A DNA stretch of 64,000 bases, taken from assembly GCA_001949185.1 (NCBI GenBank), contig BDGG01000016.1, positions 248,001 to 312,000 of the forward strand, read 5' to 3'. The translations under genes were made by a program, and so were the position numbers. A model generated the notes under the pieces. The model did no database searches, was not told the DNA's origin, and saw only the letters and a program-made list of their open reading frames with translations. Below, one piece after another: positions 34,301 to 46,300 of the stretch. The DNA is from Ramazzottius varieornatus (Eukaryota; Animalia; Tardigrada). Every line of letters begins with the position of its first letter. The stretch's first letter is position 1.

Positions 34301-37300
34301 ATGCTTGGGTGGATATGAGTACTAGTTACAAATATATCGAACGGCGGCTCAACTATTTTCGATGCGAGCAGCACTTTGTGAATTGACCATCACGCCATCG
34401 CGATCACACATGCAACTCCCTTGGCGCAGAGTGAGACCACCTCTTGGGCATATATCCACTTGAGATCACACTTTTAAATTCTCGCACTCGATCCGTAATC
34501 GGCGACGGCGGCTCTTTCTTTCCCTCGCCTTCTCCATATCTTTGCTTGCATTCTCAAACAAAGACGTCGTACGGCGATGTTGACATTTTTTGGACGTGAA
34601 AGGAATTTTTAGGAGCTGTGCGCCAATTTACCCGGGCAGAGCAAACTGGGACGAACCAACAGGCTCTTCATTAAACGACAATTAAATCCTAAATGGATTA
34701 TTCATTGATTCATGCTTTATTCCTGGATCAACTCGTTATTATGTTGAGCATGTAAGTATTATTGACTATATTTTTGAAATGGGGAATTTGTGTCGTTTTC
34801 ATCCGCACGTGTTCGGAAACGGGCACAGTTCAGTTCAGATCGATGGCATCCGTGTTCGAAATTTGAGCGGACAGATTTTTCATTTCGATGCATATCATGT
34901 CGTTACTTTACGGAGGATTAGTTTGTACAGGCAAAGTTGAGAGTTTAAGCCGGTTAGGAGATTTGCTCGCGTTTGAGACGTTCCTAATGTGATTTTCCAT
35001 TCGAAAAAAACGAGTTTGCGCCAATATCCTCTCAGTCACTAAGCTGTCAACCCAGGCAAATCCGATTAGCACTTTGATGGGATTCCAGCGCCCTTTATCA
35101 AGTTTTCTACTCGTCCTCCTCGACCCGAATGAAAATGATGAGGAAAGAGGTTCCCGAGAGGAAGTTAACAACCCACGCTCGTTCGTGCCTAAATTCGGCT
35201 CCCCTTCAGAAACACCATCAGTTTTGCACGCTTTTGTCATGTGTGTATCTCAGGCGATGCCATGAGAACTTGTAGCCCGCGCTTCAAACCGTCAGAACGC
35301 TGTTGTCTACCCACGCTAGCGCCCCTGTAGAAGGGTGAGGAAGAGGCGAAGAAGCGCGTGTTTGACGGTCTTTCAAGGAGGATCTGGTAATTACGCAAGA
35401 AATGTAGGAAGATGACTACCGCAATATCCGTTCCCATTCTTCACTACTCTCGTTGCCTATAAATTCTCAGACATGACATACAAGCATCAATCCAACCCTC
35501 TTTTTGCCAGCGCCACTCTTGCGTCTTTTTCAAGTTTGTTCCACTTGACCAAGCAGTCTATCATGCTGGTGAACTATCGTCCTTCTACCAGTTTCCGGAT
35601 TGCTGGTTCCTCGAACAATAACACTGTTGCCACTGTGCTGTTGCCTTTTCATAAGCTCGCGCAAGTAAACCTACTTACGGCAGCACCTTGTATACCGGGT
35701 CTTAGTATAGCGAAGATATTTTCGTCAACTTCCGCAAATCCCAGATTTACATCAGTGTTCAATAAAATCTGATCAATGCTTTTTAATTTCCGATTTCTAA
35801 ATTTCGAAGCATGACCTTTCTGGTGTCGAGTTTTCGGATTGTTTTAGCATTGCTGTATGAGGCCAGCTTTGCAAATCCCTTCTGGCGGACCATGCCTCAG
35901 TAAGGGAGTTTTGCTACAGTCGTTCTCGAAGTTCTTCGCATTTTGAGGTCGACGATATGCAAAAGCGCGACGGTTGTTTGGACAGCTGCGGTTGAGTGAA
36001 GGTCGCCATATGTGTGGCATTGGGTTCCTGCCTCTGTAGTGCTATCGAGTATTGCTACTATGAGTTCACAATAGTTTTATTGTTCCGTATAATGATATTT
36101 TCATAAGCAAAGTATACATGTGACGTTCACGTTATCTGCTGGTGCGAGAAAGTAGCGATGATTGATGGAAATGGGGCAGATAGTACGCGCTACTATGCAA
36201 TATTCGGCTTCACATCTTTTTGGCCTGGAATGGCAACACTAGCAATATACTCGAGAAGCGAACTTTACTGCTCCAGTTTTAAAGTTTTCTCTCGTTAAAC
36301 TGCGCCAGCGGTTATTGCCAATTCCACACTTTTTGGCCCATCAACTTCACCCGATAATTGAATTTTGATCGTATGAGTTCGCACCCAGACTTTCATACCC
36401 GGTCCGAAATGCACCACACGTTTGCACCCTTTTGTCACGCCGATTCAGTTGACTGGACTATGATACGAGATGCGTTTCCATGCTAAAGTCACATTGCAGA
36501 ACCGTGGCTTTTGGTTCGCCGTCTTTTCGCCGGGGCGGATACTTCGTAAAGTGGAGTGCACGACTACGCGAACGCGTCAGCTGGAAAAGCGATGAGATTG
36601 GCGGCGACGTAAGACGTTTTGTATATGGTTCGTTTGAGAATGACGCGCTCTGGCTGTCGAGCTAGGAAGGAGGGTTCGCCAGTCACTTTTCTTGGTGTTC
36701 AACGAGACTCGTAATAGAATTTGAAGTCCGCCGAAATGAGCGATGAGATGGAGGGTACTACGACAGGTATTTGTACCGAAGGCGTGTGGCGATTGCTGTA
36801 GTACCACATCAGCTGTGCAAGAGCTCATGCTGAGCACTGCTCATTTTCCATAGCCTATTTGTGGAGAATGTGTGCTACAGCGTGAAAGAAGTTTATTGGC
36901 TGTATTGAGCATCTACTCTTCTTTTGAACGCAAAGTAGGAAGTAAGTTAAACGGTAGGTGATCAACGAAAAGTAGCACAGTGCAGTGTGAGATTATTTGT
37001 CGGATTGATCGGATGTGGAAACGACCGATCATTTCTTATTGATGTATACTGATACTCTTGACGAAACAGCTGCGGAATATTCATCGAGTATGTCTATCTT
37101 TTGCAGGACTTTCGGTAACGAACGGAACAGGAAGCAACTGCGCTAGTCCGGGCATCAGAGCCAGACGCAAAGCGGCCAGGAAGTTGACCCGCGACGGCGA
37201 GAACCGGTTTCATTCAGGTACGGACTTCATCCTAAATTCCACTCCGAATCTCCTTGAGTTCAAAAACTAAGTGTTTTATTCAGTTAAAAACATCGGGTTT

Positions 37301-40300
37301 CTTTAATATTGGCAAGTTGTTTCTTGCATGTGTTTTGACAGGTCTGATTTTTTACTGATTTCATGTATTGATGGAATTATTTTTGTGTTGTGGAACTTGT
37401 GGTTGGCCCGGTTTTTCACGAAAGTGTTTTTCATCGTAGAAATTCGTCAGGAACAAGTCCAGAAAGCCTTAGCCGAGATGAAAGAAAAGTCGGCAGTGCC
37501 GCTAAATTCCAAGCGTCACTCGATATTATTTCCGACGGCTAATGGCCTCCCAGTGACTGTTAACGGTAATGGGGATGCTTCATTAGTGAGGAAAATTAGC
37601 GATTCGGGTTCGAGTGAGGAGGATGAGGACAGTATGAAAAGTGGGCATGATTCCTCGTCGAATGTCTCATCCATGCGAACGTCCTCCTTGAAGAGTCAGG
37701 ATGGCCAATCCAGTTTCCATTCAGACACGTCCAACTCCACCGGTGTGGCCATTTATCAGAATCAGATTTCCTACTCCTCCATCGAAAGGACTTCCGCGTC
37801 GACGGCGCTAAGCACCACGGTCGTGGATGGACTGACCGAACTGATAAATAATTTAGGTAATTTTTATGCAAATCAATAACGTGAAAGATGGGTGTTTAAT
37901 CATGAATAAATGATTTTTGTGGTAATTTTAGCGCCATCAATGCCAGTTGATGTGACCAAAGATGTCCCTCCGCACACTTCGACTGTTGCTCATGGAACCT
38001 ACAGCCACAATCATATGGGATCTCTTCGTATGGAACGGGAGGACTCCAGCGGTAATTGCCCTTCAGTCTTGAATGAAACTTTCGCCACAGTATTCTAAAT
38101 GAGGAAAAATGATTACAGCTAGATCGTTTTCCGAAGTAGCGCACGGTGTCGTTGTTATTAGCTGAGAGCGTGAATCACTTGAAGAAAACGATCTGTGTGA
38201 TTGCATTTGCCAACTTTCCAATACAAAATTATTTTACGGATAAGTGGTTGAACTTGCGCCTATTTTTGTACTGATAGAGCGACGACCTGGGAAGGTTTCC
38301 GCCAAAATTCAACAGCTGTTGACAACGCTAAAAAAGCCGAAGCGGAAAAGTTTAGCCGAGTACTTTGAAGATGATGATCGAGAGCTGGAAAGTGAGTACA
38401 CGCTTTTGCCGTTCGTTGAGTGAGTATTACTCCATTTTCTGACACGTTGTCGATATCGTAGTTGCGGCTAACACCGTCAATCCTAATGCTCCAAAGCCAG
38501 AAGGAGCTGTCGTCATGCCGTTCGTTGGCGAGCGACTGCCGGTGAGAATCAACCCGAAAATTGTTGCTTGTGAATGGAAGTGTCAACGTGATTCGTTTTA
38601 GGCATCGGCTGGTGTCACCATTTCCCTGGAAGCTGCTTTGCATCAGCATGGCAAGACCTTCCCGAAGACCCCGGCACTGAGTGTGCTGGATTCTAATGGA
38701 AGAATGTCCAGCCACCTGGCATACGGTATTTTTTTCATCAGTCTTTCTAGGTGGTGAAATACTCGTTGTCTACAGTTCCCACAAGGGCTTTTATTCTGAA
38801 ATAAATCGAAGCTCGGCAAACAAACTCGGCCATATCGTTTCCCAAGTGGCGCATGGTTCCGGGCATATTCGCCTGAACCGTGCGCCACTTGAGAAAACAC
38901 TCTGGTCGAGTTTGTTCGCCGAGCTTCCAAATGTTCCTTAACTTTCGGGATGTGGTTTTGGTTGCTCAATTTTGTTTCTGTTATTTGCAGCTAAGCTTTT
39001 GAGTCGGAGTCAGCGCATCTGTTTCAATCTGTTGAACAAGACAAGTCAGCGTGAAGGAACGCTGAAAATAAAGCCAGGTGATCGGGTAAGACTTCTGCAT
39101 TTCCATGTTCAAATCTGAGAAGAGCGAGTTATATCACGCGCCAACCTGTCACAGCCTTGTCAAACGCTCACCAATTGCTGGTTCAGGTTGCGTTGATTTA
39201 CCCCAATGCCGATCCACTCTCCTTCGTTTGTGCCTTCTACGGCTGTCTGATGGCCGGTGTGGTGCCTGTCATGGTCGAAGCACCCCTCACCAAACGGGTA
39301 AGACGGAACTGTCATGTGTTTTTGTGAGTTCTGATGTTGTAAAGAATATTTTTATACAGGACGCCGGCTGCCAACAAGTCGGATTCTTCCTGGGCAGTTG
39401 TGGTGTGCAGCTTGCCTTGACATCAGACACGTGCTTCAAAGCACTTCCGCGTAATGCCAATGGCGAGCTCACTTCCTTCAAGGGTATGACTGGGTTTTCC
39501 TTCCTTCTTGGAAAACTTTGATAACACCTGGGACTTGTCACAAAAACTTTGGTGTTTCACTGTGATTTCCAAAACGTCGTACACTTCCCGGATTGTTCGG
39601 GTCGATTTTCGAAAAATGTACTTTTAGATGTCTTAAAATATTTTATTCAGTTTTCCGCATCCTCATGTTATCATATTTTCTATCATCAGCGGCGCTTTTC
39701 TACGGATTTTGCTATATTAAATTCATATGAAGTTTCTGACTTACGAGCGGGTAACTTTTGCGGTGGTTTTAGGCTGGCCAAAGCTGCAGTGGATGATCAC
39801 GGATAGTCTGGGCAAAGCTCCCCGCGACTGGGAAGCCCCAGGTCGCTTGATGGACGATCTTCCCGCCTACATCGAATACACTTCCGACCGGGATGGCCAC
39901 GTTATGGGCGTTACCGTCCCCCGTAACGCCATGATCAAGCATTGTCGTTCCCTAACCGCAGTCTGCGGTTACGATGAGGGCGAAGTGATGGTCAGCGTTG
40001 TGGACTTTAAACGCGACGTGGGTCTATGGCACTCCGTCCTCACGGTAGGTACTCCGTAGTCCCTTTTCACTCAGTTTGATCGGCTATTGTGCTAACCCGA
40101 TGTCATTTTACAGAGCATCTATAATCGAATGCACGTAATCTTCATCCCGTACGCCCTGATGAAAATTAGTCCGGGCTCGTGGTTGCTGACCATTACCAAG
40201 TTCCGAGCCTCAGTCGCGGTGGTCAAGTCGAGAGACTTGCATTGGGGAGTCTTGGCACAGCGAGACCACCGTGATGTGAACTTGTCAACGCTGAGAATAC

Positions 40301-43300
40301 TCCTAGTTGCTGATGGATCCAACCCATGTAAGTAAAATCGTCCCTATATAATAAAGGAAGAGATCGAGAAGCCACAGAAGTGGATAATCACCCACCTGCA
40401 TACAGCCGTCTGCGTATTGTACCATAGTGCGAAAGTATGCATGTTTGTGGAAGACTGTAGTTCGTTGTATGTATATTGAGGGATTTCAAGACTGGTGTGA
40501 GAAGTTGAGCGTCCATGGCCTTTGACACGAAAGAGACCTTCGCTTATAAATATTATTACTGACCCTGGTGTTTTGACTTTTGGCAGGGTCTTTGACATCG
40601 TGCGACCAATTCGTCAACGTCTTTCAAAGCAAAGGCTTGCGGCCCGATGTCGTCTGTCCCTGTGCTTCATCCGCCGAAGCCTTAACCGTTGCCATCCGAA
40701 GACCGGGCTCACTGGCTTTACAACAGCCAGGAGCACCCAGTGGTCGCGGAGTCCTGTCCATGAGCGCTCTGAGCTATGGCGTCATCCGAGTTGACCATGA
40801 GAACAGCTTGACGTCGTTGACACTGCAAGATTCTGGCAAAGTTCTTCCGGACGGTAAGCCAACGGTTTTCTTGATAAGCAAGAGAAAAGTCAGATCTATC
40901 GGAATCTCGTTAATAGAAAAATCCAGCCAGTTATTCCACTTCGCATTAAAATGACAATCCAATCAGTTTTCTTGAATCAAAATTTCCCCAGCTTTCGGAG
41001 GTGCATTGACGAAATAATCAACAAGCCATTAATCTACTGTCATCTTTTCGTACTCAGAAATGCTGCTTGACCTCTGGAATTTCAGATTCCGTAGTATGTC
41101 TCAGATAGTCACATATCAAGATGTCAAGTAAAGTCCTGTATTTGTTTCTGGTGTTGCAGGATCGTTGCTGGTCTTGAAGATCGACGGACCACCGTACCTG
41201 TGTAAAACCGATGAAATCGGTGAAATTTGTGTCGACTCACCCTATGTCGGTTCCGGGTACTGGGGACTACAAGGCATCAGCGCCGCCACTTTCAAAGTAC
41301 GTGAAGTCTTTCCGACCTGCTCAAGGTATTACGCAAAGTGATTTGGCGTATAGTGTATTTGATCTATATTTTAGGTTCATCCATTGCGGCAAGATGACAG
41401 TTTGTACCGCGATCGGCAGTATGTGCGGACGGGCTTGCTGGGCTTCTTGGGACCGGTGAGTGCGGGTGTCGTATTAGAGAACATTTGAGAGATGGTGTTT
41501 GATGGATGATGTGTGACATGGCAGTGTTTACAAGGAGGGATTAGATGGTCATATTGGTGTTTATTGTGGTTATTCTCGGTGTGATTGGTAGGGTGGCCTC
41601 TTGTTCGTTTGCGGCAGCCGTCAAGGTCTCATGCAGGTCAGCGGACGCAAACACAACACTGACGACATCATCGCCACCATCCTGGCTGTCGAACCTATGA
41701 AATTCATCTATCGCGGACGGTGAGGAACTTTGCCCAAGCAGAACTTTCCAAAAATAGACTGATCTCACAGAAATAATGATTCTACTGACTGAATAGTCGG
41801 AATGAAACAATTATTAATGGAAAACGGTAGAGCAAGAATTGAAGATGAAATTATGTTATTTTGGAATTTTCAGGATCGCGGTATTTTCGGTGAAAGTCTT
41901 GAGGGACGAGCGGATATGCGTCGTGGCCGAACAGCGGCCCGACTGTACGGAGGACGAGAGCTTCCAGTGGATGAGCAGAGTTCTTCAGGCCGTGGACAGT
42001 ATTCATCAAGTGGGCATCTACTGCTTGGCTCTGGTTTTGCCCAACCAGCTTCCAAAGGTACAACCGACTATGAGGATAAAAAGATTATTTCTTTGTGGAA
42101 AATCTCTGTGAAAGTTATTTGGTCAGTCTTTAACAGTTCTCAGTCATTGCCAGATTGAACTCTGTAGAATACGACAGTCGACACATCTTGATTTGGCCCT
42201 TTCTCCACGAGTTGCTGTACGGTGTCTTAATGATTTCTGTTTCACATAGACTTCGCTGGGTGGCATCCACTTGTCGGAAACTCGCAAGCGCTTTCTGGAC
42301 GGCGCCCTCCATCCTTCCAACGTCCTGATGTGCCCGCATACCTGCGTGACCAACCTACCTAAGCCACGGGAAACACAGGCGGATCTCATCGGACCGGCTT
42401 CCATGATGGTCGGTAGCATCGTGCAAGGTGTTCGGCTGGCCGAAGCTCGTGGCCGGGACCTGCATCTGGCCGACGATGACACAGAGAACGCCAAGAAGGT
42501 ACTGAGGGCTCGCACTTCGAATTAGACGACCTTATCGCTAGAAGCTTTCTATCGTGTAGTATCAGTTTATAACGGAGATACTTCGGTGGCGTGCCACCAC
42601 ATCGCCGGAACATGTGATATACACCCTACTCAGTGCCAAAGGTTTGGCTGTTGGTGGCCTGACCTGTGGTCAGCTGCACAAACGAGCGGAAAAGATGGCG
42701 GCTTTCATTCAAGAGAAAGCTGATGTCCAACCTGGTGACAACGTCGCTCTCGTCTTTCCCCCTGGTATGTATCTTTTCTGGGTCCAAAACACACGATTGC
42801 GAAAAAGAGCTCGATAAAGCAGAGCTAACTTAGAAATGGGACGTCGGCAAATGACATTTGACACGTAAATGACTGTTCTTTCAAGTGGCGCACAGGTTTA
42901 GCCAATAATAATGGCAACGTGCGCCACTGTAGATCAGTTCAAGCTCAAATCCCACCGAAAGCTAAGCTGCGGCTTCCATTTTACATCACTCAAATCGACA
43001 GACTGTATTCGGAGAACCCAAATTTCACGGCAAACGAACAAAATTTAGTAGGACTATCTAAGTCCTGCACCACGGCAACATGTGACACGATCGGGTTCGA
43101 GGCTAGTCAGACGTTCACGTACAACGGCACTGTTGACCTTTGGGACACCATGTTGAGGTATCTTTGGCGCCGCCGACGCAGGTTCCTCTCTTTCCCGTCT
43201 TTGCGCAGATCTGTTGACAATTGCAGCCTCTGCAGTTCTTGATGATTGACCAGAGCCAGCGTGACAAGGGGTCGTCACAAGCCCAGCCCGTCAGCACTCC

Positions 43301-46300
43301 GGCCACCCTGCAGCCTTTACCCTCCACCCAGTAAACTCCGTTCTTTACTGCGTTTCCGATGTCGCCGATGATGTCCCCGAACCAGTTGCGGTTCTGACGA
43401 GCGGATGTCAGGGCTGTGCCGCTCTGGGGAGCAGGAGGCAAGGGCTCCGGAGCGAGGCTGGCTGAGAGGACACCAGAAATTACTAGCGCCACCACGAGGA
43501 ATCCAGCTCCGCAAAAGGTTGGCCGAGCCATGGTACCGCTGACTTCCGAGAGAGACTTTAGGCAAACAAAAATTAGTTTCCAGGAAAACACGGAAATAAA
43601 ACGAATGTTCTTTTCGGTTTAAAAGATTATATACTCTAATGCTTCATGAACTTCGCGAAGTACGTCATCATACGCGTGCAGTTGAACCCCGGTCCGAAAA
43701 TTTTGCCCTACCCACTCCCTAAGGGATGTTTCGCTCGTATGAAAATGTGTTTCGCGAAGTTCGTGAAGCATTACAGTAATCTGGTGCCCTCAGAATTACC
43801 TGAGTTGTATGAAGCAATAATAAACACCGCGTGAGGAAACCATTCCCACTATAAGTGGGAATGCCTTTCATGTCGTGAAATATCCCGCGAAGCACTGCCG
43901 TAGTGGGTGAAACCAGCGAAGGATTCCGACTTGTTTATGCCTTTACCCGGAAGTGGCTCGTGAAAACTTTCATGTGGCTGTAAGGCAACCACTTCATCGT
44001 AAAATTCGACCTTCGGCACAACTAAATCAAAAATTGATCTAGTAGTACAAAAACGTTCGTATTTTAGCACTAAACTTATAAATTTGTAGGCCAGCAAACA
44101 ATTTTGAGAGACAATCGTTTTCCAAGTGGCGCAGTTTTCTTTGTTGTCGGATAGGAAGGTGCGTCACCTGATTCTTTATTGTTATCGTTGCAGGTACTGA
44201 TCTCATATGCGCTTTCTACGCCTGCCTGTACATCGGTGTGGTGCCGGTGACTATCCGGCCGCCGCAGATCCAGAACCTCAGCACGACGCTGCCTACCGTC
44301 AAGATGATCACCGACGTCAGCAAGTCCCGCGCCGTCCTGTCCACCAGCATCCTCATCCGCCTGATGAAGTCGAAAGAAGCCTCGGTGTCAGTGGACCCCA
44401 AGAGCTGGCCGCCGTTACTCGATGCCGACGACCAGCCACGCAAGAAGACCATACCCAGCTACCGACCTCCATCAGCCGACGCGGTGGCGTATATCGACTT
44501 TAGCGTCTCTACTACCGGCATCCTGGCCGGAGTGAAGGTGGGCTTGTCTTGCCTACGCTTCCTTGACGGAAGATATAATGTGGGTTTTATGATTACAGAT
44601 GTCACACGCGGCTTTGACGGCCCTATGCAGGAGTCAGAAACTAGCGTGTGAGCTGTATCCATCGAGGCATGTGACGGTCTGTCTGGATCCTTACTGCGGA
44701 CTGGGCTTCGTCCTGTGGGTTCTCAACAGCGTCTATTCCGGACATCACTCCATTCTTATCCGTACGTATACTAATTATATTTCCATCGATGGCAGGCTGA
44801 AGAGGGCTCACAGTATACAAGCTGCACGTTGAGAGCGCAATACGAAACATATCCAGTATGGGCCATCAGTAGAAAATTGTTGAAATGCCTCTGCTCCATC
44901 GAATGTCAGTCGAAATGACGACAAATCAGACAGTTGACTGTCTACGACGAACAGATGCTCTATAAAGGTTTTCGCTTGTTCTTCAAGCAGTTGCGCTTGC
45001 GAGTCGTGATTTTCATGGGAAATCTGTTGCAGCTCCATCGGAAGTGGAACAGAACCCAGCCTTATGGATAACCACCGTCAGTCAGTATCGAGCTCGCGAT
45101 ACCTTCTGCTCCTACGGTGTCATGGACATCACACTGCGAGGTCTTGGTGGCGCAGTCGCCGTCCTCAAAGTACGTCCAAGAACCCTACTATTCCTTTCCT
45201 TCGAATCATAATTATCATTTTTGTACTGAAATTTACTGGAAGTTGTTTCTTTGGCAGGAACGAGGCCTGAGTCTGTCGTGTGTCAGAACCTGCGTTGTGG
45301 TGGCCGAAGAACGTCCTCGCATATCACTGACCACCTCCTTTTCAAAACTGTTCTCTACCCTGGGACTGTCCGCGCACGCAGTCAGCACCGCTTTTGGATG
45401 TCGGGTCAACGTCGCGCTTTGCGTACAGGTATGTCATTCTCTCTCTCTCTCATTCCCTCATTGTTAAATCTTTTTTCCCTTTAATTGCAAGTCAGCAAAA
45501 CTTTGGCCTTTGATAGGGAGCGTCTAGCCCTGATCCAACCACGTTATACGTCGACATGCGCGCCTTACGGAACGATCGAGTGACTTTGGTGGAACGTGGT
45601 TCTCCACACAGCCTGTGCCTGATGGAATCCGGAAAGCTGCTACCCGGTGTCAAAGTGGTGATTGCCAATCCGGAAACCAAAGGCCAGTGCGGCGACTCGC
45701 ACCTGGGCGAGGTACAAACTGTGCAACTTGGGCCCGAGACATTGGCCGATAGTTTCTACCCTTCTTTTCCCGCAGATTTGGGTGAGCAGTCCGCACAACT
45801 CGACAGGGTACTTCAGTACCTTCGGGGAGAGCGCGCTGACCAACGACCACTTCCACGCTCGGTTGACGACCGGTGATACGCGGACCGTCTATGCTCGCAC
45901 GGGCTACTTGGGTTTCCTGCGTCGAACAGAAGCTATTGGTCCGGAAGGAGGTATGTATGCATCGTTGTTCAGAAGAAAATGAGGCGTATGGTATGGTTCA
46001 TTCTCTTTACAGAGTTGCACGACGCAGTCTTCGTTGTCGGAGCCCTGGATGAAACCCTTCTATTACGAGGCATGCGTTTCCATCCCATCGACATCGAAAC
46101 GTCGGTCCTCAAGTCGGACAAGCGCATTTGCGAAAGGTGATTTTCGCGATTATACTGTGTAAAAATAGAAAACTGTAGTCTTTGTACTGACGTTTCCGCT
46201 TGGCTAAATTCAGCTGTTTATTTGACCTGGAATTTGCAGTGCGGTGTTCTCATGGACGAACCTCTTGGTCGTCACAGTGGAACTCGATGGTTCAGAAGGC

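Noticed and set aside
40340-40560. Helitron/Helentron-like start (CCTATATAATAAAG) in a DIP2 intron
   Set aside because: No clear 3' hairpin plus CTRR terminus, and no second copy in the window.
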